Assembly (NCBI GenBank): GCA_045646085.1
Contig: JAZRJZ010000006.1
Location: 17,164-81,163 of the forward strand
Reading direction: 5' to 3'
Origin: Candidatus Nanosyncoccus sp.
GTDB lineage: Bacteria > Patescibacteriota > Saccharimonadia > Saccharimonadales > Saccharimonadaceae
Length of the DNA: 64,000 nt
Part shown: positions 1 to 9,408 of the stretch, in pieces
Layout: every line of letters begins with the position of its first letter
Position numbering within the stretch: the stretch's first letter is position 1
Notes under the pieces: generated by a model
What the model was told of the DNA's origin: nothing
Database searches by the model: none
The model's input: only the letters and a program-made list of their open reading frames with translations
Made by a program: the position numbers and the translations under genes

Positions 1-2
1 TT

Positions 3-245
3 CTTGAATTGCCCGAAGGCTCTTTGCCGCTAGATTTTGCTTATCGACTCCACTCTGAAATCGGCGATCACGTAGTAGGGGTCAAAATCAACGGCAAAAT
101 GTCAAATCTGAATAAAAAATTAAATCAGGGTGACGTCGTTGAGATTCTCACTTCGAAAAATCAAACTCCAAAGTCTTCATGGATGGATAAAATTATTACT
201 CCCCATGCCCGTCAAAAGCTTCGCCGCGCCCTCAAAAAAGCATAA
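3..245 (+). CDS. RelA/SpoT-family protein, C-terminal end with TGS domain (5' part lies outside the window)
   Basis: The translation ...LPLDFAYRLHSEIGDHVVGVKINGKMSNLNKKLNQGDVVEILT matches the TGS-domain signature of RelA/SpoT homologs. The ORF is open to the window edge. Confidence 0.7.
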   Translation, partial: LELPEGSLPLDFAYRLHSEIGDHVVGVKINGKMSNLNKKLNQGDVVEILTSKNQTPKSSWMDKIITPHARQKLRRALKKA

Positions 246-294
246 AAAATGGAGCCGTTTGCCACTTGGGACGCTCCGCGCTCCAAACGAAGTT

Positions 295-350
295 TGGAGC
301 CGATGGCAGGGTTCGCCCCGAGCAAAGCGAGGTACGAACCCCAATTTTTT
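295..350. repeat. Exact 21-nt copy of the tRNA-Thr 3' end (295-315 = 372-392), closed into a hairpin (308-342) and followed by a T-run
   Basis: Direct sequence comparison. The stem is GGGTTCG/CGAACCC with a 19-nt loop, followed by AATTTTTT on the + strand. Confidence 0.8.
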
Positions 351-371
351 GACATTTTTGTGAAACAAAAA

Positions 372-447
372 TGGAGCCGATGGCAGGGTTCGAACCTGTG
401 ACCTGCTCGTTACGAATGAGCTGCTCTACCAACTGAGCTACATCGGC
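372..447 (-). tRNA. tRNA-Thr (anticodon CGU)
   Basis: Cloverleaf on the minus strand: GCCGATG acceptor, GCTCAGTTGGTAGAGC D-arm, anticodon loop TTCGTAA, GGTTCGAACC T-arm, encoded CCA. Confidence 0.9.
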
Positions 448-506
448 ACTCTTTTATTATACCATATTTGTGCTATAATCATAATAACAATAAGGAGATA
501 ACACCG

Positions 507-1112
507 ATGTCAAAAACTGAGATCATCAAACGGCCTATCGAACAGCTCGGCAGCAGCCTCAAAAAGTCCGCCTGGGCGGCAGTTTTCGAATCTCTAATCA
601 CTATCATTCTAGGGGTGTTACTAATTGTCTGGCCCGACATTGTCATCAAAGTTATCGCCTATGTTGTAGGAGCCTTCCTCATTATCAAAGGTGCCTATCA
701 AGTAATCAATTATTTCGTCGTCAAAGGTCAGAACGACTTCTTCAACAACAACTTTCTCAGTGGCGTAATATCCGTCTTAATCGGTCTAGCTCTTTTGCTT
801 ATCGGCGAGGAGATCGCCAACGTTTTTCGAATCATTATCGGCATCTGGATGATTTACGAATCATTAGTTCGCATTAATACAGCAATAAAATTCCACGCCG
901 CCGGCATCAACGCTTGGAGATACATCCTTATACTCGCATTAATGATGCTTGTACTTGGCGTCTTTGTCACCTTCTACAGTGGCGCCGTTGTCGCCTTAAT
1001 TGGCTGGATGATGGTTCTTGTTGGTATTATTGGTATAATCAGTGACACTATGTTTATTCAATATATTAACCAAGTTAGTGAAGCCATCACGGGGAAAGCA
1101 AAAGAAAAATAA
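507..1112 (+). CDS. HdeD/DUF308-like integral membrane protein
   Basis: Repeated hydrophobic DUF308-type segments are present. The start was moved to the ATG at 507, behind the AAGGAG RBS. Confidence 0.5.
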   Translation: MSKTEIIKRPIEQLGSSLKKSAWAAVFESLITIILGVLLIVWPDIVIKVIAYVVGAFLIIKGAYQVINYFVVKGQNDFFNNNFLSGVISVLIGLALLLIGEEIANVFRIIIGIWMIYESLVRINTAIKFHAAGINAWRYILILALMMLVLGVFVTFYSGAVVALIGWMMVLVGIIGIISDTMFIQYINQVSEAITGKAKEK

Positions 1113-1114
1113 CA

Positions 1115-1477
1115 ATGAAAAGCTTAAAATCTGATTTCCAAAAGATATATCAAAACGAGCGGGGTATTTTAATCGTCATGATTCTTAATTTTGTCCTCTC
1201 AATTGTATTGATGATTTTTTCAATCATTAGCCTCAATCCAGAGAGCGCTGTAGTGAAAGTTGGATATGGCGATATTGGCGGCTATCGTGATGGTTCTTGG
1301 ATCGACATTCTCGCTTTCCCATTACTTGCCATCATCTTTGGGATTCTCCATAGTTTGCTCGCGGTACGCATCTTTCACAAGCGCGGTAGTGGGATGGCAA
1401 AGTTTTTCCTCATCATCACATCAATTCTAATTCTAGGAACTTTTCTAGTTTTAATTCGTCTACTCGGAGAGCGGTAA
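1115..1477 (+). CDS. Small membrane protein, unknown function
   Basis: The ORF is tightly packed with its neighbours and has 3-4 hydrophobic helices. Confidence 0.5.
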   Translation: MKSLKSDFQKIYQNERGILIVMILNFVLSIVLMIFSIISLNPESAVVKVGYGDIGGYRDGSWIDILAFPLLAIIFGILHSLLAVRIFHKRGSGMAKFFLIITSILILGTFLVLIRLLGER

Positions 1478-3103
1478 ATGCGCAAAAATCTAGAAATACC
1501 ACAAGGGAAGCGCGAACCGCTCTATCGTTTTCTAGAAATTTTGCCAGGCGCAATTTCATATAGTGCTATCATTTTATTATTTGTTTTGTCATGGTTAGAC
1601 CCAGTCATCGCCTCAGTCTACCTCTTTACAATCATCGCTATTACTCTTGTTAAAGCGGTCGGAGTAGCATACCGCACCATTCAAGGATATAAAGTCATCG
1701 AACGCGCAATGCGCGTAAACTGGCGTGGGCGTGTAGAGGATCTCGAAAACCCTCATGATGCCTATGAGCGCCTTCACGACGATAATAATAAAAGCTATCA
1801 TTTCGAAGAACATCTCGAAAATCTAAAAATGATGACTGCAATGGAAAGTGAATACCCCAAGCCCTCCAAGATTTACCACGCAGTAATCATGACGGCTTAT
1901 GATGAAGGATTCGAGGTGCTAGACCCTTCGATAGAGGCCGTAGTTAATTCTACTTTCCCCAAGGATCATATCATTTTTGTCTTGGCCTACGAAGAGCGGG
2001 GTGGCGAAGCAATCGAAAACACCGCAAAAGAGTTAGCTAAAAAATACAAAGGCGTGTTCAAAGATTTTATTCTTTCAAAACACCCTGCCGATTTACCAAA
2101 CGAAGTAGTAGGGAAGGGACCAAACCTGACCTTTGCCGGCTACGAATTAGCAAAATACGTCAAAGACAAACATTTACCGGTAGAAAACATTATAGTTACG
2201 TCGCTAGATAGCGACAATCATGTCGCACCCAAATATTTTGACTCAGTGGCTTACGAATTCATTACGCACCCCAATCGTCAGCGCCTCAGCTATCAGCCAG
2301 TTTCTCTCTTTACTAATAACATCTGGGACGCACCTGCCCCATCGCGTGTAATCGCTGTCTCAAACTCATTTTTTAACGTAATTACCACAATGCGTCCACA
2401 TGCACTCAGGAACTTCGCTTCTCATTCGCAGCCTCTCCAAGCACTTGAAGCGATGGATTTTTGGTCCAAACGTACCATCGTAGAAGACGGACATCAATTC
2501 TGGCGTAGTTTATTCTTCTTTAATGGGGATTATTATGTTCTCCCAATTCGTATTCCAATCTATCAGGACGCCGTGATTGATGAGACCTTCTGGAAAACCG
2601 TTAAGGCCCAATTTATTCAAGTGCGCCGCTGGTATTACGGCGCCAGTGACGTTGCCTACGTCGGCTCTCGTTTATTCGTCTCTAAAGAAAAACGCATCGT
2701 GCCTTTTTGGCAGCTATTTCCCAAATTTTGGCGCTTATTAGACGGCCACGTCACCCTAGCAATCCTAGCTCCCATCGTAGCGTTTGGCGGCTGGGTACCA
2801 TTCATCATGAATATGTCATCTCATAATATGGTCGCCTACAGTATCCCCGGTATTGTAGGGGTCGTTGAAACCTTCGCTTCAATCGGCTTAATTGTCTCAA
2901 TTTTAGTTTCATTCAAAATCCTACCCAAACGCCCTAAAAAATACCGCAAAGGGAAGAATGTTCTGATGGTTGTTCAGTGGGTTTTGATGCCAATCACCTC
3001 AATCTTATATCAGTCAATTGCCGGATTTTACTCCCAAACTCGTCTTATGCTCGGCCTCTACATGGAAAAATTCGACGTCACTAAAAAGGTCGTCAAAACA
3101 TGA
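1478..3103 (+). CDS. Membrane-bound family-2 glycosyltransferase (processive, cellulose/chitin-synthase-like)
   Basis: It has N- and C-terminal TM segments, an SLDSDN acidic motif and a QVRRW (QxxRW) motif. Confidence 0.65.
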   Translation: MRKNLEIPQGKREPLYRFLEILPGAISYSAIILLFVLSWLDPVIASVYLFTIIAITLVKAVGVAYRTIQGYKVIERAMRVNWRGRVEDLENPHDAYERLHDDNNKSYHFEEHLENLKMMTAMESEYPKPSKIYHAVIMTAYDEGFEVLDPSIEAVVNSTFPKDHIIFVLAYEERGGEAIENTAKELAKKYKGVFKDFILSKHPADLPNEVVGKGPNLTFAGYELAKYVKDKHLPVENIIVTSLDSDNHVAPKYFDSVAYEFITHPNRQRLSYQPVSLFTNNIWDAPAPSRVIAVSNSFFNVITTMRPHALRNFASHSQPLQALEAMDFWSKRTIVEDGHQFWRSLFFFNGDYYVLPIRIPIYQDAVIDETFWKTVKAQFIQVRRWYYGASDVAYVGSRLFVSKEKRIVPFWQLFPKFWRLLDGHVTLAILAPIVAFGGWVPFIMNMSSHNMVAYSIPGIVGVVETFASIGLIVSILVSFKILPKRPKKYRKGKNVLMVVQWVLMPITSILYQSIAGFYSQTRLMLGLYMEKFDVTKKVVKT

Positions 3104-3129
3104 TTTAGAATAATAGGTTTAAAATACGT

Positions 3130-4119
3130 ATGACAGAATCATTACATAATCATAGCGAGCGAGGTAGCAAAGGCCAAGAACCAACAAGGTGGGATGAATT
3201 AAAAGACATTCCTTTTAATAATGTGAACCAAGCTGAAGACCACGAGAGCGAACAACCACTGTATGAAACAGAGTTAGTTTCTCCCTCTGATGTTTTGAGT
3301 GATATTCAAGAATACACAATCAAGGACGGCAAGGTTTATTCAAAAGAAACCAGCCAAGAAGAAACTGATGAAAATACTATCCTTAGAGTAAAAACATCAA
3401 AGTTACTGTTCAACGAAGCTAAAAGGCTCCGTGATAGGGAATCACATATGCTTGGTGATAGATTTACCGACAGAGGGCCAAACTATTATGTAGATAGGAC
3501 AATGGATAAATATGGTTTCAAGAATGAGGATACTAAATTTGCCGAAGGTAAACTTTTAAAAGACCTAACTAATAATGGCGCTCATCATCAAACAATATTA
3601 GCGGATGATTTAACTGGTTCACAATACGATATGTTTGTGGGCAAAAAAGGAGATCTTGGCAAAGCTCTCTTAAAACGTAGACTTAAACAACACGGGTTAA
3701 AAATGACTAACTTAGAAGTGACTTTAGATTCCTCTACTTTTAAGAAAGACGGATTTTCAACCGTAGACATAAGGGTCGACACTACGTCAACCTCAGTACC
3801 TGAAAATAATCCAGATAGTTCATATACTCTTCATCACCCTGCAACAAGTCAGTTAGGTCAGCTTGAGGCAGAGTTGAAAAAAGCTCAGGATGACGGCGAC
3901 GAGGAGGCCGCGAAAGGATATCGTGCCGCATTAAAAATGGTCGTCGAAAGAAATCGTCTTAATGTATCTCCTGAAGAATGGAGTAACATGAGCGATAATC
4001 AAAAAGAAAGATTTTATATAATAAAGATGAAAGAGGAAAAAATATTAGGAGACAAAGAGGCCTTTAACTATTGGAACGCCAATCTTCAACGCCTAAAAGA
4101 TAAATCAGCAAGGAATTAG
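3130..4119 (+). CDS. Hypothetical acidic protein
   Basis: Long ORF with no recognisable motif. Confidence 0.5.
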   Translation: MTESLHNHSERGSKGQEPTRWDELKDIPFNNVNQAEDHESEQPLYETELVSPSDVLSDIQEYTIKDGKVYSKETSQEETDENTILRVKTSKLLFNEAKRLRDRESHMLGDRFTDRGPNYYVDRTMDKYGFKNEDTKFAEGKLLKDLTNNGAHHQTILADDLTGSQYDMFVGKKGDLGKALLKRRLKQHGLKMTNLEVTLDSSTFKKDGFSTVDIRVDTTSTSVPENNPDSSYTLHHPATSQLGQLEAELKKAQDDGDEEAAKGYRAALKMVVERNRLNVSPEEWSNMSDNQKERFYIIKMKEEKILGDKEAFNYWNANLQRLKDKSARN

Positions 4120-4179
4120 CTCGCACCGTTAGGTCCGAGTCCCGTTTTTTTGAGGTTTTGTGCCAACAAAAATGGTGGG
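4119..4179. repeat. Left copy of a ~60-nt direct repeat (hairpin-loop CACCGTTAGGTC + T-run + spacer + TGGTGGG); its partner is at 5896-5955
   Basis: Hand alignment of gctcgcaccgttaggtccgagtcccgttttttt...aacaaaaatggtggg against 5896-5955 shows only a few mismatches. Confidence 0.75.
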
Positions 4180-4265
4180 GCTTAATTAACCAGGTTTTAA
4201 CAGTATATAAAGAAGATATACGTCTGAGGGCAATAACTTGCACCTCATGATATAATTAAAGGAAT

Positions 4266-5417
4266 ATGGTGTATTTGGACTATGCGGCAACATCGCCTAT
4301 ATTGCCAGAGGTGTTTAATGCTATGCATGACGCGGAAACGCGTTTCTTTGCGAATGCATCGGCTCTACATACTCCTGGACACCTAGCGATGAACGAAATC
4401 GAAGAGGTGCGAAAAACTTTAGCCAAACTGATTGGCGCGAAACCTTCTGAAATTATATTTACTTCTGGTGCCAGTGAGTCAAATAATACAATTGTTCGCA
4501 CGTTTGCCGAGCATCAGATCGAAACGTCGCCGCTTGAACACCATTCAATCATAGAGCTTGCCGACAAAGTCTCTGGCAACAAATTGCCAAAGCTCTATTC
4601 ATATATGCTCGCCAATAATGAAATCGGCGAAATTTTAGATATTCAAAAAATTGTAAAAGAAGCGCGAAGCCTTACAACCCCGAAAGAAGATTCGCTTTTC
4701 GAGCCGATTTCTGAATGGGGCAAGCCATTAGTAACCGACCGACGTGGCGCCTATGTACACTCGGATTTAACGCAGGTGCTTGGTAAGATTCCAATTAACG
4801 TTTACGAGCTCGGTCTAGATTACGCTACTTTCAGTGCGCACAAAATTGGCGGACCTATTGGCGTCGGCGCACTTTATGTTAAAGAGGGTGTTCCGTTCGC
4901 CCCACTAATAATTGGTGGAAATCAGGAAAATAAACGTCGTGGCGGCACCTATAACACTGTTGGCATTATTGGTTTCGGTGCTGCTCTCAAAAAGATTCAG
5001 CGCGAGAAGAGCTGGGAGCAATACAATACGCACGTTCGCAAGCTCCGCGACCTCTTAGCGCGGAGAATTCTTACTGAAATACCAGGTAGTAGTCTCAATA
5101 CCGATATAGCCCCAGGTAAATCCCTGCCAAATATCCTTAATGCTTCTTTTCAGGCCGCCGAAGGAGAGTCGATTCAGCTATATCTCGACGCTGAAGGCAT
5201 AGTGGTTTCGACTGGTTCGGCCTGCGCGTCTGGTGATATAAAGCCGAGCCATGTCCTGATGGCAAAAACTGGCGACGCCGAAGTGGCTCATTCGTCTATT
5301 CGTTTCTCGTTTGGGCTAGATAATACTGAAGCGGATATCGAAAGAGTAATGGAAGTTTTACCAGGTATTATTAACCGTTTGCAAAAGATAAGCACTGTAG
5401 AGATGAAGGAGACATAA
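4266..5417 (+). CDS. nifS: Cysteine desulfurase (NifS/IscS class V aminotransferase)
   Basis: N-terminus YLDYAATSP; SAHKIGGP (PLP lysine region); GSACASG active-site Cys loop. It overlaps the nifU start. Confidence 0.85.
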   Translation: MVYLDYAATSPILPEVFNAMHDAETRFFANASALHTPGHLAMNEIEEVRKTLAKLIGAKPSEIIFTSGASESNNTIVRTFAEHQIETSPLEHHSIIELADKVSGNKLPKLYSYMLANNEIGEILDIQKIVKEARSLTTPKEDSLFEPISEWGKPLVTDRRGAYVHSDLTQVLGKIPINVYELGLDYATFSAHKIGGPIGVGALYVKEGVPFAPLIIGGNQENKRRGGTYNTVGIIGFGAALKKIQREKSWEQYNTHVRKLRDLLARRILTEIPGSSLNTDIAPGKSLPNILNASFQAAEGESIQLYLDAEGIVVSTGSACASGDIKPSHVLMAKTGDAEVAHSSIRFSFGLDNTEADIERVMEVLPGIINRLQKISTVEMKET

Positions 5418-5830
5418 TGGAAAACCAAGAATGGGTTTATTCAGATAAAGTAAAAGATCATTTCATGAATCCGCGCAATTTTCTCTTTGGCGATGAAAGC
5501 CAGTTTGATTATGATGCGGTTGGAACCGTCGGGAATCCAGTCTGCGGTGACCAGATGAAGATGTACATCAAAGTCGAAGATAATAAAATAACTGATGCGC
5601 GTTGGAAAACTTATGGCTGCGCATCAGCGATAGCTTCAACCTCAGCGCTTTCCGAAATGATAAAAGGCAAAACTATTGATGAAGCATTAAAAATTGATGC
5701 TAAGGCAATCGATGAATATCTTGGCAACTTACCGAAACATAAATTCCACTGTTCGATTCTTGGCCACGAAGCACTTGCTGATGCGGTAAAAGAATACGAA
5801 AAGAACCATTCTGCAGGCGAGGGGATTTAA
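5417..5830 (+). CDS. nifU: NifU/IscU-type Fe-S cluster scaffold
   Basis: The motifs GNPVCGD, YGCASAIAS and HCSILG supply the three scaffold cysteines. Confidence 0.85.
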   Translation: MENQEWVYSDKVKDHFMNPRNFLFGDESQFDYDAVGTVGNPVCGDQMKMYIKVEDNKITDARWKTYGCASAIASTSALSEMIKGKTIDEALKIDAKAIDEYLGNLPKHKFHCSILGHEALADAVKEYEKNHSAGEGI

Positions 5831-5879
5831 CAAACATTTATAGATTACGAAATAGTTAAAAATTATTTTATAAACCGTT

Positions 5880-5927
5880 TGGTGGGTTGTGAGGGGCTCG
5901 CACCGTTAGGTCCGAGCCCCGCTTTTT
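5880..5927. repeat. Exact 21-nt copy of the tRNA-Val 3' end (5880-5900 = 5949-5969), closed into a hairpin GGGGCTCG/CGAGCCCC and followed by a T-run
   Basis: Direct sequence comparison. On the + strand it looks like the intrinsic terminator of nifU. Confidence 0.8.
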
Positions 5928-5948
5928 GCAGTTTTCGTGAAACAAAAA

Positions 5949-6025
5949 TGGTGGGTTGTGAGGGGCTCGAACCCCCGACCTTCTCGGTGTAAACGAGACG
6001 CTCTAGCCAACTGAGCTAACAACCC
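5949..6025 (-). tRNA. tRNA-Val (anticodon UAC)
   Basis: Minus-strand cloverleaf: GGGTTGT acceptor, anticodon loop TTTACAC, GGGGGTTCGAGCCCCT T-arm, encoded CCA. Confidence 0.9.
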
Positions 6026-6225
6026 ATTGTCGTTATTATACCACAAAACCTTCTTTTTAAAACCATAAGCAGTTACAAAACCTTCAAATTTCAAATCTTC
6101 TTCACCCCTGTTTAAATTTTGCAATTTTGAAAGATATGAAACAATTGTGTCATATCTTTTAAAATCAAAAATTTATTTTTCAAATAATCTGCTAGAATAA
6201 CTTCAACGGAGGAGAAAGGAAGAAA

Positions 6226-6894
6226 ATGTTAAAAATAGTGGTTTTTGATTGCGGATATGGTGGAGAATTTTTTGCAGACAAATTAAAAGAGGATTTACCA
6301 ATAATCGAAATAATTCGCGTAATTGATTGGCGTAATGCCGACAAATATCTAAAGAGCCCAAAACTAGCTAGGAAATATGCCACGGAGGCACTTCGCCCCT
6401 ATCTCGGCAGAGTAGATTTGATCGTCCTAGCAAATCATTTACTAGGGATTACCAGCCTCAAATATTTTTGTCGCAAATATAAGAATCAAAAATTCCTGGG
6501 TTTTAGTTTAAAACAACCAGACTCATTCATAAAACATGATGTTTTAATTCTAACCACTCAAGCCATCACAAAGACCAAGAGTTACTATAATTATCTTTTT
6601 CAGCTCAAAAGAAAAACTAAGACCCTCTCTCTAGATTCTTGGCCGCTCAAAATCGATGACGGGGAATTAACTAGAGAGGAAATCCGCACCACCATTCTAA
6701 GCCCACTTCTAAAAGAAGACTTTTGTCCAAAAGAAATCGTGCTAGCCTGTTCTCAATTCAATGATATCAAGCCAGACCTCAAAGCTATTTTCGGGCAAAC
6801 CATCAAAATATATGATTGTTATGATGATACAATCCGAACCATTTGTAAAACTCTAAAGATTCGAGGCGGCACCGGTAAAAAGTCCAAACTATGA
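6226..6894 (+). CDS. Divergent Asp/Glu-racemase-like (MurI-like) protein
   Basis: N-terminus IVVFDCGYGGEFF resembles MurI VFDSGVGG. The first catalytic-Cys block reads LIVLANH (no Cys) and the second reads VLACSQF. Confidence 0.35.
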   Translation: MLKIVVFDCGYGGEFFADKLKEDLPIIEIIRVIDWRNADKYLKSPKLARKYATEALRPYLGRVDLIVLANHLLGITSLKYFCRKYKNQKFLGFSLKQPDSFIKHDVLILTTQAITKTKSYYNYLFQLKRKTKTLSLDSWPLKIDDGELTREEIRTTILSPLLKEDFCPKEIVLACSQFNDIKPDLKAIFGQTIKIYDCYDDTIRTICKTLKIRGGTGKKSKL

Positions 6895-6927
6895 TATAAT
6901 AAATAGAATAAAGCAAAGGGAGACAAA

Positions 6928-8664
6928 ATGAATGAATTAGAGAATATGAGGCACACTTTAAGTCATGTGCTTGCCGCTGCGGTTAAAGATCTCTATCCGA
7001 GCGTTAAGCTTGGCATCGGTCCAGCCATCGACAACGGTTTTTATTATGATATTGATTTCGGTAAGACCAAAATTTCCGATACAGATTTACCAAAAATAGA
7101 GAAAAAAATGCACGAAATCGCCAAACGAAATCTTAAAATGCAAAAACGCATCGTCTCCCGCGATGAAGCATTGAAATGGGCTAAAGAAAGTGGCCAAAAA
7201 TACAAAACCGAACTGATCGAAGAACTACCAAGAGACGAAGAAGTATCCTTTTACGATTTAGGTGATATCTTCACTGACTTATGCAAGGGCCCACACGCTA
7301 AAGACACCTCAAATCTCGGCATTTTTAAGCTAACTAAAGTCGCCGGCGCTTATTGGCGTGGCGATGAAAAGAGGGAAATGCTCACCCGCATCTACGGCGT
7401 AGCCTTCACAACAGAAGAAGAACTCAAAGCTTATCTCAAACAACAAGAAGAAGCCAAGGCTAGAGACCATCGCAAACTCGGCAAAGAACTAGATTTATTC
7501 TGTTATTCTGATTTAGTGGGTTCAGGTTTACCTTTATTCACTCCGCGCGGGACAATCCTAAGAGATTTGCTCAACGATTTAGCACAAAGCTACCGCATTG
7601 ACCGTGGCTATCAAAAGGTACGCATTCCTCACATAGCTAACATCGATCTCTACAAGACTTCCGGCCACTACGAAAAATTTCCAGAAATGTTCCAGTTTAT
7701 CTCTCAAGAATCCGGCGATCATTTAGCCTTAAAGCCAGTTTCGTGCCCCCATCACTCGCAAATCTTTGCAAGTTCGCCTAGGTCTTATAAAGATCTTCCG
7801 ATTAAGTATCTGGAAACCACCATGGTCTACCGCGATGAAAGAAAAGGTGAACTCGGCGGTCTTTCTCGCGTTCGTGCCATCACTCAAGATGATTCGCACG
7901 TGTTCTGCACCGAAAACCAAATTGGAGATATTTTTGGTGAATTAATTGAATCCGCCAAAGACCTCTACGCCAAGATAAATATGAAACTAAAGCTTCGCTT
8001 GTCTTTCCGTGATAATGGCGACGGTTATATTGGCACTCCCGAGATGTGGGCCAAAGCCGAAGGCGCCATTAAAGAAATGGCAGACAAATTCGAAATGGAT
8101 TACTTCATTGGCGAGGGCGAGGCAGCGATGTATGGCCCCAAAATGGATTTTATGGCCGTTGATGCGATCGGTCGCGAATGGCAACTTGCCACTGTTCAGT
8201 TAGATTATGCTTTGCCAGCTCGTTTCAAACTCGAATACACAGATGCCGATGGCTCCAAAAAGACTCCAATTATGATTCATTGCGCCTTGGTCGGCTCAAT
8301 TGAACGTTTTATGAGTGTCTATATTGAGCATACCGCTGGTTGGTTGCCAATGTGGTGCGCACCAGAGAATGTACGCATCCTTACCGTCAATAATCAAACT
8401 ACAGATTATGTCTCCGAGATTACAAATATTCTCGAAACCGTAGAATTAAACCAAGTACTGCCACACGGCAAGATTAGATATTCCGTCGATGACTCCGCCG
8501 ACTCTCTTGGCAAGAAAATCCGCCGCGCTACCGAACTCAGAATTCCTACCGTATTAATAGTTGGACCAAAAGACGCCGAAGAAAAAGTCGTTTCGGTTCG
8601 TCTTCGTGATAAAGAAGAAAAAGTTAAACTTACCAAGCTCGCAGACTACTTAAGGGAGCTATGA
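6928..8664 (+). CDS. thrS: Threonyl-tRNA synthetase (short form, no N-terminal TGS/editing extension)
   Basis: Class II core with motifs such as CPHHSQIF, RVRAITQDDSHVF and PIMIHCALVGSIERF, plus a C-terminal anticodon-binding domain. Confidence 0.9.
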   Translation: MNELENMRHTLSHVLAAAVKDLYPSVKLGIGPAIDNGFYYDIDFGKTKISDTDLPKIEKKMHEIAKRNLKMQKRIVSRDEALKWAKESGQKYKTELIEELPRDEEVSFYDLGDIFTDLCKGPHAKDTSNLGIFKLTKVAGAYWRGDEKREMLTRIYGVAFTTEEELKAYLKQQEEAKARDHRKLGKELDLFCYSDLVGSGLPLFTPRGTILRDLLNDLAQSYRIDRGYQKVRIPHIANIDLYKTSGHYEKFPEMFQFISQESGDHLALKPVSCPHHSQIFASSPRSYKDLPIKYLETTMVYRDERKGELGGLSRVRAITQDDSHVFCTENQIGDIFGELIESAKDLYAKINMKLKLRLSFRDNGDGYIGTPEMWAKAEGAIKEMADKFEMDYFIGEGEAAMYGPKMDFMAVDAIGREWQLATVQLDYALPARFKLEYTDADGSKKTPIMIHCALVGSIERFMSVYIEHTAGWLPMWCAPENVRILTVNNQTTDYVSEITNILETVELNQVLPHGKIRYSVDDSADSLGKKIRRATELRIPTVLIVGPKDAEEKVVSVRLRDKEEKVKLTKLADYLREL

Positions 8665-9401
8665 GTGCTCCAATACTAGTAATTCTAGGTCCTACCGGCT
8701 CTGGGAAAACCGGAATTTCTATCAAAATTGCAAAAAAAATCAATGGCGAAATCATCTCAGCCGATTCTCGTGCAATTTATAAGGGGATGGACGTCGGAAC
8801 AGCCAAGCCGTCTCGAGAAGAAATGCAAGGAATCCCTCACTTTGGACTTGATTTGGTTGAACCAGGTCAAAGGTTTACCGTCGCCGATTGGAAAGAGTAT
8901 GCAGAACGAAAAATCGCCGAAATCAAGGCGCGTGGCAAAACCCCGATTATCGTCGGCGGCACCGGTCTCTATATTGACGCCCTAATATACGACTATCAGT
9001 TTAAGGGGCCAACAGGGGAAAAAATCGGCGATTTTGAACAAAAAACTTGCTCAGACAGGGCAAAGATTAAAGGGAACTATCTGATTATTGGCATAGAATG
9101 GACAACTGATGAACTACGAGAACGGCTACATAAACGCATTGATAAAATGTTTAATCAGGATCTATACGAAGAAACAAAAAAGTTAGTTCGGCGATATGGC
9201 TGGGGTAGTCAAGCGATGAAAAGTGATATTTATGAATACGCCTGGCGCTATCTCGAGGGGGAAATTAGCCTCGAGGAGGCCAAAGAAAAATGTTTTTATG
9301 AAGATTGGCATCTAGCTAAACGTCAACTCACTTGGTTTAAGCGTAATCCATCAATAAAATGGATGAAAATAGACCAAATTGAATCATATGTGATAAAATA
9401 A
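8661..9401 (+). CDS. miaA: tRNA dimethylallyltransferase
   Basis: GPTGSGKTGISI P-loop, ISADSRAIYKGMDVGTAKPS, GGTGLY. The start overlaps the thrS stop (ATGA). Confidence 0.85.
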   Translation: MSAPILVILGPTGSGKTGISIKIAKKINGEIISADSRAIYKGMDVGTAKPSREEMQGIPHFGLDLVEPGQRFTVADWKEYAERKIAEIKARGKTPIIVGGTGLYIDALIYDYQFKGPTGEKIGDFEQKTCSDRAKIKGNYLIIGIEWTTDELRERLHKRIDKMFNQDLYEETKKLVRRYGWGSQAMKSDIYEYAWRYLEGEISLEEAKEKCFYEDWHLAKRQLTWFKRNPSIKWMKIDQIESYVIK

Positions 9402-9408
9402 ATATAAG

